Assembly (NCBI RefSeq): GCF_037902255.1
Contig: NZ_CP147990.1
Location: forward strand, 1,380,001 to 1,412,000
DNA from: Candidatus Electrothrix sp. GW3-4
Lineage (GTDB): Bacteria; Desulfobacterota; Desulfobulbia; Desulfobulbales; Desulfobulbaceae
DNA length: 32,000 nt
Reading direction: 5' to 3'
Shown here: positions 9,201-17,639 of the stretch, one piece after another
Layout: each line of letters begins with the position of its first letter
Numbering within the stretch: the first letter of the stretch is position 1
Position numbers and translations under genes: made by a program
Notes under the pieces: model-generated
The model's database searches: none
What the model saw: the letters and a program-made list of their open reading frames with translations, nothing else
Told to the model about the DNA's origin: nothing

Positions 9201-11500
9201 AACATCTTGACAATATTGACCGTCAACTGAATCACCTCGGCATGACTGTTTCTGGTGAGGCGGAACTCACTGATCTTAAACGTGGCTCACTCCATTCTAT
9301 CCGACGCTCAGTGCATACCCTCAAAGGAGCAGCCGCAGTCATAGGCATTGATCAGATCGCAGCCTGGGGTCATGATTTCGAAGATTTCCTTGATTGGCTC
9401 CATGATGAGGCGCGAGGTATACGGCCACAAGTTGTGGAGGCAATGCAAGAGGGGGCTGATATCCTGGTTCGCCTTGTCGAGAAGCCGAATCAATCTCTTC
9501 GTGCTGATCAGCAACACATTCTGAAAAAATTTGGAGCAATTACCGCAGGTGATCTCGGGGAATCTCCTGCTCATAATAGAGAAGAGGAGACCGCAGCCGA
9601 TGCAGGGCTGTCTGCCTTTGCTGAACCCGTTGTTGAGCAAAAGGTGAAGACCGCTCCTCGCCAGCAACGCCAACTGAAGAAGACAATAACGCTGCGCGTA
9701 GATGTCAACAGAATTGATCAGATGGTAGGGCTAAGCGGTGACATGGTTATTAACCTGAGTAGTTTTGAGGACTCAATGGAGGCCATGTCAGGAACGATGA
9801 AAGAGTTGGATATGATTCTTCAGCGCCTGAAAAATATCAACTCCAGTCTGGAAGCGGGATATGAACTTGCTTCGATCCCCCATCTTGGCGGTCCAGATGA
9901 TGGCCAATCTTCAGGTCTCACCGAAGACTTTGATCCGCTGGAGATGGATAGATATTCCGAGTTGAATATCCTGATTCGTTCCTTGAGTGAGGCTGTCAGT
10001 GATCTTGATTCTATCATGGCTCAGAATGTCCTGGATAATGTGACATGGCAGAAAACTGTTGAGCGCCAGGGGATGGTTCTGAAGGAATTACAGAACAGGA
10101 TGATGGGTGTTCGTATGACGCCTCTCTTGGCCTTGTCAAACAGAATGCACAGGACCGTGCGGGAAGCTGAGCGAACAACGGGACATCCTGCGCGATTAAC
10201 TATTGAGGGGGAATCCATTATGATGGATACCCGGGTTTGGGACATTATGGCAGATCCCCTCATGCATATCCTCCGTAATGCAGTGGCGCATGGTGGACGT
10301 TTACCGCAAAAGGCTGGCTGGCAAGCGCTATCCATTACTATTAAAGCGATCAGAAAAGGAGGGTTATGCATTCTCCGGGTCAGTGACAACGGAACGGGCC
10401 TGGATTATGAGGCAATACGAGTCAAGGGCATGAAGCTCTATCCCAATGATCGGGTCAACCTGATGAGCGACAGTGAGCTGGCTGAGTTAATCTTCAGGCA
10501 TGGTTTTTCCAGTACAGGTTCAATCACCAACATCGCTGGCCGTGGTGTTGGTATGGATGTTGTTCGCGATGCAATCGACCAGCTGAACGGCTCTATAGAA
10601 CTTATATCTGAACGAGGGCAGGGGACTGAATTTATTATGCGCCTGCCGGTAGCTGTTGCCCAGCTGCCAGCTATTCTTGCCCGCTTGGGAACCCAGATTT
10701 ACGCTATCCCGATGCATGATGTAGCCAGTGTTGCCCGGGTGACTCCTGAAGAGAAAAAGGGGAGCGAATATACCTTTGATGGGGAAACCATGCCTCTTCT
10801 CCATCTCGCCAAGGTGCCAGGCTTTGAGACAGGCAGTGGCTATGTTGAGGAAAGTCTCAGCGAAGAAGATCAAGCCCTCCTTATTGTCCACACCGGGCGA
10901 AAACGGGCAGCGCTTTTCTGTGAACAGCTCATCGGACAGAGAGACGTCGTTTTTAAGGATCTGGGGACTCACTTAAAGAATGTCCCCTGTATTTCAGGTG
11001 TTACCATTATGGGTGATGGTGCCCTGATACCTATTCTTCAGGTGGAGGAGGTTCTCCATAAGTGGAGCTCTGTGGTTCAAAGGCAGGATGAGAGGAGTGC
11101 AGTACGTTCTGTTCAAGAACGAGGACCTTTGCATATTCTTGTTGTTGACGACTCTATCAGTGTGCGAAAAGTTGTTTCCAATTTTATTACTCAGCAAGGT
11201 TGGATTCCTGTCGCAGCCCGAAACGGTATTGAGGCTGTAGAAAAAGTACGCGAAGAAAAACCAGACGTTATTCTTCTTGATGTGGAGATGCCGCGAATGA
11301 ACGGTTTTGAAGTCCTGCAGGCCTTGCAGGCCCAGCCAGAGTACCGTGATATTCCGGTTGCTATGCTCACCTCGAGAAGCGCAGACAAGTACCAAGAAAA
11401 GGCTCGGGAATTGGGAGCACGGGGCTTTATGACAAAGCCCTTTAAGGCGGATGAAGTCATCCGTTTTATTCGTAAGGAGACAGCAAATGAACAGGTGTAA
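6227..11500 (+). CDS. ChpA/PilL-like hybrid CheA histidine kinase: 5 x Hpt - dimerisation - HATPase - CheW-like - REC
   Basis: The start is preceded by the RBS ggagagag. There are five Hpt motifs, (H)T(I/L)KGAAA, with His codons at 6371, 7205, 7934, 8654 and 9314. Kinase core motifs are HILRNAVAHG, DNGTGLD, GRGVGMD and GQGTEF. A CheW-like segment follows. The C-terminal REC has LVVDDS, LLDVEMPRMNG and MTKPF. Very acidic linkers separate the Hpt modules. Confidence 0.95.
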   Translation: MNSSVGSEIVTGFIGEVEGYLPDMSRCLQTLQQDRAHRPSLAELHRITHTIKGAAAMVGLDDLSGVGEILEKVMENVLGASLVLDDETILLLGDATHCIDSYCTMQRAGQPDDRLFQKTVARIEEKLCQCTDGSGTGENNTEQSSTEQSNPEAILYDQEEEDLLETVPDDVKGVKSVQDFPEDDAVDFFVEADSEISKEPDSERLLDDISVSDLLAGEDVEDELLFQEVEDLEEEDDLFGSVVTEYTEQSETVEDAAALPESTEMDQDDVAGEAIDPELLQCFQEETEDHLENIDSCLISLDSQISESVALTPSTQETLHSLRRSVHTLKGAAAVIGIEPVAAWGHDFEDFLDWLHDEAQQLDPITVAALREGADLLASLAEEPALQAEQERQRILGKFADITKAFSSGLLGDEQDEENVLEPSQNGASDSFPAADTEEVSEEAGGLFDDLDLASSASPAEDVEDELLFQEVEDLEEEDDLFGSVVTEHTEQSETVEDAAALPESTEMDQDDVAGEAIDPELLQCFQEETEDHLENIDSCLISLDSQISESVALTPSTQETLHSLRRSVHTLKGAAAVIGIEPVAAWGHDFEDFLDWLHDEAQRLDPITLVALREGADLLASLAEEPALQTEQERQRIIGNFADITEAFSSGLTVSEDDDETVNALELPEDRGADDFFTETDSEGGDKAGPESLFNELSLSDSSAGLELEDDELLLQDVEEDEDDFFGSVVAGLSASPEDIFTERAETGQGEAGAEATDPELLECFREETEEHLENIDSCLNRLGVQITAPVELTSTTRETLHSLRRSVHTLKGAAAVIGIEPVAAWGHDFEDFLDWLHDESQRLDPSLISLLRDGADLLAKLAEDPAYSVEKRKSDLTGQFYAVIEGDASAEDTSLFEAQEDIVDQDFFPEENLAAKENTLEESQAGENADNFFDELPVPPADEGENDPLELDPESAFASLPELSESVHKLSGGEEIDEELLQCFHEEAEEHLDNIDRQLNHLGMTVSGEAELTDLKRGSLHSIRRSVHTLKGAAAVIGIDQIAAWGHDFEDFLDWLHDEARGIRPQVVEAMQEGADILVRLVEKPNQSLRADQQHILKKFGAITAGDLGESPAHNREEETAADAGLSAFAEPVVEQKVKTAPRQQRQLKKTITLRVDVNRIDQMVGLSGDMVINLSSFEDSMEAMSGTMKELDMILQRLKNINSSLEAGYELASIPHLGGPDDGQSSGLTEDFDPLEMDRYSELNILIRSLSEAVSDLDSIMAQNVLDNVTWQKTVERQGMVLKELQNRMMGVRMTPLLALSNRMHRTVREAERTTGHPARLTIEGESIMMDTRVWDIMADPLMHILRNAVAHGGRLPQKAGWQALSITIKAIRKGGLCILRVSDNGTGLDYEAIRVKGMKLYPNDRVNLMSDSELAELIFRHGFSSTGSITNIAGRGVGMDVVRDAIDQLNGSIELISERGQGTEFIMRLPVAVAQLPAILARLGTQIYAIPMHDVASVARVTPEEKKGSEYTFDGETMPLLHLAKVPGFETGSGYVEESLSEEDQALLIVHTGRKRAALFCEQLIGQRDVVFKDLGTHLKNVPCISGVTIMGDGALIPILQVEEVLHKWSSVVQRQDERSAVRSVQERGPLHILVVDDSISVRKVVSNFITQQGWIPVAARNGIEAVEKVREEKPDVILLDVEMPRMNGFEVLQALQAQPEYRDIPVAMLTSRSADKYQEKARELGARGFMTKPFKADEVIRFIRKETANEQV
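6878..8182 (+). repeat. in-frame tandem duplication, period 729 bp (243 codons), inside the kinase gene
   Basis: 6878-7453 and 7607-8182 are near-identical at nucleotide level. I counted 8 amino-acid differences over about 191 aligned residues, plus a few silent changes. Each copy encodes an acidic linker and one Hpt domain. The remainder of each period has diverged. Confidence 0.9.
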
Positions 11501-11530
11501 CCATACCGGTAATTGTACTGATTCGTTAAC

Positions 11531-12331
11531 ATGAAAAAGGTTTGTTTGGTAAAGGGAGGGGATTTTGTTTTAGGGATTGAGGCCTGTTACATTCTCTCTC
11601 GCCAACAAGAGATGTTACCTCAAGAAATAGTGAGCAACGAAAGGGCGATCTTTCATCTTGGCTCTCTCCTCTCCCGGAAGCAAGGCGAGTGTCCAGGAGA
11701 ACCTGGCTCGGTTTTTCTCCAGCTGCAGAAAGGAGAGAGCACCTTTTTTCTCTTGGTTGATCAGGTGATTGATGACATAGAATTGCCTGAGCAAACGACG
11801 CAATTACCCCCTCCTTCGCCTGCACTTGCTGAGCAGTTATGTCCGCAGGTGGCAGTGTGGATGAACCTTGTTGTTCTGCTGTTGGACCCAGCCCAAGTGA
11901 TCCCTCTTGCACAGCAACTGGGACAGGGCATTGGACTTTTTGTCCCAGAGCATTATGTGCAGTCACAACAACAAGAAGTACTGCAACAACCTGTCTTTGT
12001 TGGTGATGGTGATGTTGTTGACCAGCAACTTGAAACTGAGGACGGGAAAAAATCTGGGGCGGCAAGTACGAACAAGCAGATTAAAAAGAATAAAAAAAGG
12101 CCCAAGTCAGTTGATGAGGAAACCTTTAAACGCGTTATGGCTTGGACAATCGCTCAGTTTAAGCAGGGCAAGGTTGGCACAGAACAGCTTGCTGTGGACC
12201 AACTCCCTCCAGGGTTGGTGCAGCAAGAGGGGGTGAGTGATACGGTTCTTCAGTACTTAATTGATCAGATATCTCTCAGGTGTCAGGAAAGTATCACGCC
12301 GAGTCGACCGGGAGAGTATCATGGCAGTTAA
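11531..12331 (+). CDS. degenerate CheW-like protein with ~130-aa C-terminal extension of unknown function
   Basis: The N-terminal ~130 aa follow a CheW-like pattern: FVLGIEACYILS...VFLQLQKGESTFFLLVDQVIDDIELP...VVLLLDPAQV. The C-terminus has a Q-rich stretch, a basic patch (KKNKKRPK) and a helical tail. Its stop overlaps the next start by 11 nt. Confidence 0.6.
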   Translation: MKKVCLVKGGDFVLGIEACYILSRQQEMLPQEIVSNERAIFHLGSLLSRKQGECPGEPGSVFLQLQKGESTFFLLVDQVIDDIELPEQTTQLPPPSPALAEQLCPQVAVWMNLVVLLLDPAQVIPLAQQLGQGIGLFVPEHYVQSQQQEVLQQPVFVGDGDVVDQQLETEDGKKSGAASTNKQIKKNKKRPKSVDEETFKRVMAWTIAQFKQGKVGTEQLAVDQLPPGLVQQEGVSDTVLQYLIDQISLRCQESITPSRPGEYHGS

Positions 12332-12857
12332 GAAAAAAAAAGCTGTTGGGTTGAAGGCGAAAACAGTTTCTGTGTATTTGGAGGCTGAGTCGATTCAGGG
12401 GAGAAAACCTGTTTTGCTTTTTACGGCCAGTCAGGTTGATGAAGTATTGGCTGAGGCCCATATTCAGCCCCTGCCCTTTGCATCAGAGTATCTCGTTGGA
12501 CTTTGTGCATGGCGAGAACAGGTGCTACCGACAATCGATCTTGTGCGATTTTTCGGGCTAAGCTCCTCGCAAAATGAAGAGGGAGGGCGTTACTTGGTCG
12601 TGCGTGCGGTCAAGACACATGCATCAGATCAGAAGGAAAATATTCACCCTGCAAAGACGATGCTGCGTTGTGTTCTCAAGGTCTCGGATCAGATTATCAG
12701 CGGAAATATTCCAGAAGGATGTCAAGCCGTTGTTCCAAAAGAGCAAGGTTTTGCTTCGGCTTTTGTTCGAGGTCTCTTTCAGGGGGAGAAGGAATTATTT
12801 ATTTTGCCTGATATTACGGCAATAATACATTCGAATTCCCTGGGCGGTGGGGAATAA
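12321..12857 (+). CDS. CheW-like coupling protein (divergent)
   Basis: CheW-like pattern: PVLLFTASQVDEVLAEAHIQPLPFASEYLVGLCAWREQVLPTIDLVRFFGL...RYLVV. The ATG at 12321 is preferred, giving an overlapping stop/start with the upstream gene. The ORF-track start at 12261 is also possible. Confidence 0.75.
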   Translation: MAVKKKKAVGLKAKTVSVYLEAESIQGRKPVLLFTASQVDEVLAEAHIQPLPFASEYLVGLCAWREQVLPTIDLVRFFGLSSSQNEEGGRYLVVRAVKTHASDQKENIHPAKTMLRCVLKVSDQIISGNIPEGCQAVVPKEQGFASAFVRGLFQGEKELFILPDITAIIHSNSLGGGE

Positions 12858-13053
12858 TAAAAGAGGTTTTACCGCTTGCAGCGTCGCGAGATGTGGGGTG
12901 ACGGTCTGCTAAGATGTAATCATGGGGGGGACGCCGTAAACAGAGATCGTTAATACGGATTTTTGGCGCCGACGCTTTTTTTAAAAAAGGTCAAAACAAG
13001 CAGTTACCTGTTCGAAAAGACTCGTGTCGGGTAATTTTTTCAAAGGAGAAAAA

Positions 13054-16000
13054 ATGGCACAGAAGGCTAAGGGAAAAAAGATGTTAAATGTAAAGAAGCT
13101 GTTTCGCGGCGGACAGACGATTAGGGGCAAATTGCTCTTTTGGCTTCTGATTATTTCGTTAGTGCCAATGGCTGTTATCGGCTTTGTCAGTTATGAATAT
13201 TCGTCCTCTTCATTACAGCGCCAGTCCTTTGAACAGTTGGAGACAACCTTGGCGTTCCAGTATCAGGCGCTCCATCGATATTTTAATGAGCAGGCGAGAA
13301 AACTGGAAAATATTTCTGGTAATATGCGTGCCTTCCAGGAAGAGGCATACACCAAACTCTCTGCTGTTCGAGCGTTGCAGAAAAAGCAGGTGAAGTCCTA
13401 CTTTAAGATGCGCTTTGAGGATGTACAGATGTTTGGTGAGAGTCCTCAGCAACAGCAGGCCTTTAGTCAACTTCTCAGTAATACGACTGTTGAGCCGAGC
13501 GCTGAGTTTGTCGAGTTTCTGGAAGACTGGCTTGCAAATCGTGATTTTTATTCGCTTACTTTGCTCAGTCAGGATGGAAAGGTTGTTTTTTCCACGGATC
13601 GGGAAGTAGAGCGGGGTGCCCCAGTGCAGGAAGGTACATCAGAGTGGGAAGCGGTCGAGAAAGGTATGCAGGAAACGCGTTTTATAGACTATCACCTCTC
13701 ATCTTTTTGGGAGCTCAAGCATGTTGCCTATTTTTCTACTCCGCTGTTCACTGCTGATCAAGCGCCAGGCCTTCTCCTTTTTCGCCTGCAAGACAATGCG
13801 TTAGATAGTATTATGAAGGATACGACGGGGTTGGGCGAGACTGGTGAGAGTTACATGGTTGGTATGGACGGTATGTTTCGTTCCAATTCTCGTCATTTTG
13901 AGGAGCCCACGATTGCCAACCCCTCCTTTCTTGTGGATACGGAAAGTATTGTTTATGCGCTGGCAGGCGAGGATGGAGAAACAACTGTTGTGAACTATCG
14001 CGGTGACAATGTTCTTTCCGCCTATACAGCGGTAAGTCTTTACGGAGCAACCTGGGTCTTGATGGTTGAAATAGACCGGGCGGAAGCGGTGGTGCCCAAG
14101 GTGGATGGGGAAGAAATGGATCTTCTCGCCCAGCTTGCTAAAATCTATAATTTTTCTGATCTCTATCTTGTTTCCACTGATGGGTATATTTTTGCTTCTG
14201 CTGGGCAGAAGAAGGATTACCTGACCAATATTCTTACAGGTCCTTATGCTGACTCAATGTTTAGTAAAGCTGTTAAGAATGTTCTGGAAACCAGGGAGAT
14301 GGCAGTCAGTGATTATGCCTTCTATGAACCTGCTGGCGGGCAAGCAGAGGCGTTTATGGCGGTACCGATTATGAACCGTGAGGCCATTTCTATGATCGTT
14401 GTCCTGCAGATCTCCGATGATCCGATCAATGAAATTATGAAGATTCGCCAACAGTTCGAGAAGAAGTCAGGTCATACAGAATTGAAAGGCCATAGTGAGA
14501 TGGTCAATATTGCCACCTATTTAATCGGTCCGGATAAGCTATGGCGTTCGGAAGCACAGGATGCCAAGAAGTACAAGGTTAAAAGCACGCTCTTGAATCC
14601 CAAGGCAAAGGTGAATACGGAAGCCGTGCAGCAGGCCCTTAAGGGGAAGAGTGATACGAAAATTACCGTGAATAGTCTGGGTGAAAAGGTGTTAGCTTCC
14701 TGGGCACCCGTTCGATATAAGGGCCTCAACTGGGCCATTATCAGTGAGGTTGCGCAGGAAGAAGTTGACCGGCCTGTTATGCAGTTGCTGTTGATTGTTG
14801 GCCTGCTTGCCCTCTTTGCTGCTGCTGCGGTTATTTTTGTCAGTCTGCGGGTTGCTGGTGGTGTGACTGAGCAGGTTGATGAGATTATGCAGGGTATTGC
14901 CAAGGTTGAAAAAGGTGAATACGGTGAGCAGGTTAAGGTGACCAGTGGGGATGAGCTGGGGCGAATGGCTACCTCTTTTAACCAGATGACAACAACGATT
15001 CATGATCTTATTGAGTCCAGGCAGAAGGAGCATGATGAGCTCCAGGATTCCATTATTCGCCTTCTTGAAGAGATTACCGAGCTGGCTGACGGTGACTTGA
15101 GTATTCGTGCCACCGTTACTGAGGACGTGATTGGAACCTTGGCTGACTCCTTGAATTTAATGCTTGAGGAGCTGGGAACGGCTTTTGTCCGGATTAAACA
15201 GTCTGCTGAGCAGGTTGGTTCAACAGCAAATATTCTCAGTGCGTCAACAGGAGAACTGGCTGGTCAGAATAATAATCAGTCAAGCATGATTAATGAGGCG
15301 GTACAGGAAATTAATCTGCTGACCAATGCTATCCGGGAGGCAGCGAATCAGGCGAATCAGTCAGCGAGCTTTTCCAGAGAATCCAGCCAGGTTGCTGCTG
15401 AGGGGGCAAAGGCGGTACGCGAAACCAGTCAGGCGATGGAGGTTATTCGAGGGAATGTTCAGAATACAGCCCGGTCCATTAAGCGTCTTGGTGAGAGTTC
15501 ACAGGAGATCAGTGACTTTGCCCGAACGATTAACGAGATTTCCGATCGTACTTCTATTCTGGCGCTGAATGCCTCTATTCAGGCCGCTGCTGCTGGCGAA
15601 GAGGGGCGTGGTTTTGCCGTTGTTGCTGAAGAAATTCAGCGTCTGGCTGAGCGGGCTGCTGTGTCAACCCGACAGATTGAAACCTTGATTAAAAATATTC
15701 TTGGCGAGATCACTGAGGCAGGTGTCAGTATGGATGCCAGTATTCAGGAGGTGGTTCAGGGGACCAAACTGTCCCACAATGCGCTTGCGCGACTGGATGA
15801 AATTACTGATCGATCCAATGAGGTTTTTGAGCTTATTCAGGGTGTTGCCTCCGCTGCTCAGCAGCAAGCAGATACAACAGCGATCTTGGCAACATCAATG
15901 GGCGAGATTGGCAGTATCAGTCTGGAAACAGCTGAAGAGGCCCTGGGCGCTTCGGTTTCCATGCAGGAGATGGCAGTTATGGGCGATGACATGTTGCAGG

Positions 16001-16086
16001 CTGTTGCCACCTTTAAACTTGAGGCTGAAGATCAGGCCGATGATGCTGCCGTTGAAGTTTTGGACGCTGATGCACTTGATGCCTAG
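13054..16086 (+). CDS. PilJ-type methyl-accepting chemotaxis protein with large Cache-like periplasmic domain
   Basis: The ATG at 13054 is preceded by aaaggag. TM1 is LLFWLLIISLVPMAVIGFV. The periplasmic region is ~560 aa and carries the Cache-type motif GETGESYMVGMDGMFRSNSR. TM2 and a HAMP domain follow. The PilJ/PixJ-like segment is ELADGDLSIRATVTEDVIGTLADSLNLMLEEL. The signalling hairpin is ILALNASIQAAAAGEEGRGFAVVAEEIQRLAERAA. There is no C-terminal NWETF-like pentapeptide. Confidence 0.95.
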   Translation: MAQKAKGKKMLNVKKLFRGGQTIRGKLLFWLLIISLVPMAVIGFVSYEYSSSSLQRQSFEQLETTLAFQYQALHRYFNEQARKLENISGNMRAFQEEAYTKLSAVRALQKKQVKSYFKMRFEDVQMFGESPQQQQAFSQLLSNTTVEPSAEFVEFLEDWLANRDFYSLTLLSQDGKVVFSTDREVERGAPVQEGTSEWEAVEKGMQETRFIDYHLSSFWELKHVAYFSTPLFTADQAPGLLLFRLQDNALDSIMKDTTGLGETGESYMVGMDGMFRSNSRHFEEPTIANPSFLVDTESIVYALAGEDGETTVVNYRGDNVLSAYTAVSLYGATWVLMVEIDRAEAVVPKVDGEEMDLLAQLAKIYNFSDLYLVSTDGYIFASAGQKKDYLTNILTGPYADSMFSKAVKNVLETREMAVSDYAFYEPAGGQAEAFMAVPIMNREAISMIVVLQISDDPINEIMKIRQQFEKKSGHTELKGHSEMVNIATYLIGPDKLWRSEAQDAKKYKVKSTLLNPKAKVNTEAVQQALKGKSDTKITVNSLGEKVLASWAPVRYKGLNWAIISEVAQEEVDRPVMQLLLIVGLLALFAAAAVIFVSLRVAGGVTEQVDEIMQGIAKVEKGEYGEQVKVTSGDELGRMATSFNQMTTTIHDLIESRQKEHDELQDSIIRLLEEITELADGDLSIRATVTEDVIGTLADSLNLMLEELGTAFVRIKQSAEQVGSTANILSASTGELAGQNNNQSSMINEAVQEINLLTNAIREAANQANQSASFSRESSQVAAEGAKAVRETSQAMEVIRGNVQNTARSIKRLGESSQEISDFARTINEISDRTSILALNASIQAAAAGEEGRGFAVVAEEIQRLAERAAVSTRQIETLIKNILGEITEAGVSMDASIQEVVQGTKLSHNALARLDEITDRSNEVFELIQGVASAAQQQADTTAILATSMGEIGSISLETAEEALGASVSMQEMAVMGDDMLQAVATFKLEAEDQADDAAVEVLDADALDA

Positions 16087-16162
16087 TCCCTATCAGATTG
16101 AATAGACTTCACTCGCTAACTCCAAAAAATGAATAAATGAATAATTGAAAGGGTTGAAAGGA

Positions 16163-17365
16163 ATGAAGAAAAACCGATGGAATATTCTGTGGGGCTGTTG
16201 CCTCTGTTTTGCGATAGCTTTGCCCGGCCAGAGTGATGCCGCAGTCAAGCTGGGTCAGTCCTGCGCATTGACAGGACCAACGGCATTTCTCGGCCAGCAG
16301 GTGCATAAAGGGGCAATGGCCTATGTGAATGCACATGCCGGAGATGAGATTGAGATATCGCTCAAGGATGATGGTTATGAACCCGCGCGTTGCCTTGAGA
16401 ACACAGAGACTTTTTTACAGGATGGCGTTCATGCCCTCTTCGGCTATGTGGGCACCCCTACCTCAAAGGTAGCAGTACCTCTGTCAACCGAAAAGGAGGT
16501 CCTATTTTTTGCCCCCTTTACCGGGGCTGGTTTTTTAAGCGATGTCGAAAAGACCCCCTATTCTTTTGCCGTTCGCGCCAGCTATGACGCTGAAATTGAA
16601 AATATGCTACGGCATCTGAAGGAAGACTTGGGAATTACCCGGATTGGCCTCTTTGTGCAGCGGGATTCCTTTGGCATGGCGGGTGTCCAGGCTGCTGTGC
16701 AGGCACAGGAGAAATTGGGAGGTATTAAAATAGTTCCTCCTGTACCGAAATTACCCGGCGATGAAAGCTCTATGGATGAGTGGAATGAATTCTGGAAGAG
16801 TGTACCGAACTATCAGAGAAATACGGTTTCAGTGGGAGGAGGGGTGCGCCAAGTCAGGGGGCAGGCCGTCGAGGCTGTGATTCTTGTTGGGGCCAGCAGA
16901 CCCTGTGCAGTGGCCATCAACCAATGGCATAAAATGGGCTTCAAGGTCCCGATGATCAATATCTCTTTTGTCGGCTCACTCTCTTTGGCTCAGCGTCTGA
17001 AAGGTACCGATAATGTCTATATCAGTCAGGTGGTTCCTGATCCTTGGGATGATAGTCTGCCTCTGGTGAAGCAGTATCAACAGGATATGGGCTCTGAAGA
17101 GTACGGTTTTGCCAGCCTGGAAGGGTATCTCAGTGCCAAGGTTTTCCATCATGCCCTTACAGGAGGGGTACAAGGGGAGGTAACGACAGCAGCGCTGAAG
17201 GATGCGCTTGAATCCATGTCGCAATATGATGCAGGGGGAGTAGAGGTCTCCTTTGGCGAGAATGATCATCGCGGTATTGATTCAGTCTATCTGACCAAGA
17301 TAAACAAGTCCGCTGATACAATAGTCTTCACTTATGTTGACGTCTTATCTCCTCTGGAGAAATGA
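16163..17365 (+). CDS. periplasmic substrate-binding protein, type I fold (Leu/Ile/Val-binding-like), without adjacent permease/ATPase
   Basis: The ATG at 16163 follows gaaagga. The signal peptide is MKKNRWNILWGCCLCFAIALPGQSDA. The segment KLGQSCALTGPTAFLGQQVHKGAMAYVNA...DDGYEP...FGYVGTPTS is typical of LivK-like binding proteins. Confidence 0.85.
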   Translation: MKKNRWNILWGCCLCFAIALPGQSDAAVKLGQSCALTGPTAFLGQQVHKGAMAYVNAHAGDEIEISLKDDGYEPARCLENTETFLQDGVHALFGYVGTPTSKVAVPLSTEKEVLFFAPFTGAGFLSDVEKTPYSFAVRASYDAEIENMLRHLKEDLGITRIGLFVQRDSFGMAGVQAAVQAQEKLGGIKIVPPVPKLPGDESSMDEWNEFWKSVPNYQRNTVSVGGGVRQVRGQAVEAVILVGASRPCAVAINQWHKMGFKVPMINISFVGSLSLAQRLKGTDNVYISQVVPDPWDDSLPLVKQYQQDMGSEEYGFASLEGYLSAKVFHHALTGGVQGEVTTAALKDALESMSQYDAGGVEVSFGENDHRGIDSVYLTKINKSADTIVFTYVDVLSPLEK

Positions 17366-17461
17366 TCTTCTCTTTGAGAAAGATCTGCACCGGAAGAGGT
17401 TCGCTATAGGATATTGTTGGTATTGGAGACGGTAACGTCTCAGAACGATATTTCAAAATAC

Positions 17462-17497
17462 AAAAAACCGACCCGTTAGGATCGGTTTTTATTTTTT
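17462..17497 (+). terminator. rho-independent terminator ending the chemosensory operon
   Basis: The sequence is aaaaaaccgacccgttaggatcggtttttattttttt. A stem (ccga/tcgg plus cc/gg with one bulge) is flanked by an A-tract and a long T-tract, about 100 nt after the stop at 17365. Confidence 0.7.
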
Positions 17498-17552
17498 TAG
17501 AGGATAAGATTGATGGCCTGGTAAAAAGTCAGAAAACAGCAATTCGCTAACG

Positions 17553-17569
17553 GTAACTCAATGAGTTAC
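17553..17569. promoter_or_regulatory. perfect 17-bp palindrome GTAACTCA-A-TGAGTTAC (possible operator)
   Basis: Read directly from the sequence. It lies about 70 nt upstream of the two-CW gene start. A direct repeat cgcgattttt/cgcgatttt follows at 17572-17590. Confidence 0.3.
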
Positions 17570-17639
17570 AACGCGATTTTTCGCGATTTTGGACTTTTTA
17601 CGAAACCATCAAGATTGTAAAAAAAAGGAATTCGAGAAA

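Noticed and set aside
6310-11532. About 20 antisense or off-frame ORFs inside the ChpA-like gene, including the duplicate pair 7097..7405 and 7826..8134
   Set aside because: All are nested in a 1757-aa ORF with unambiguous Hpt/HATPase/CheW/REC motifs. The duplicated pair simply mirrors the 729-bp tandem repeat.
11526-12065. 179-aa minus-strand ORF antisense to the CheW-like gene
   Set aside because: The translation is His/Gln/Val-rich with no motifs. The plus-strand frame shows a CheW-like pattern and operon-consistent spacing and coupling.
12858-13053. Possible internal terminator or promoter in the 196-nt gap before the MCP gene (T-run at about 12976-12982)
   Set aside because: I could not find a convincing stem immediately preceding the T-run. 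I left it unannotated.
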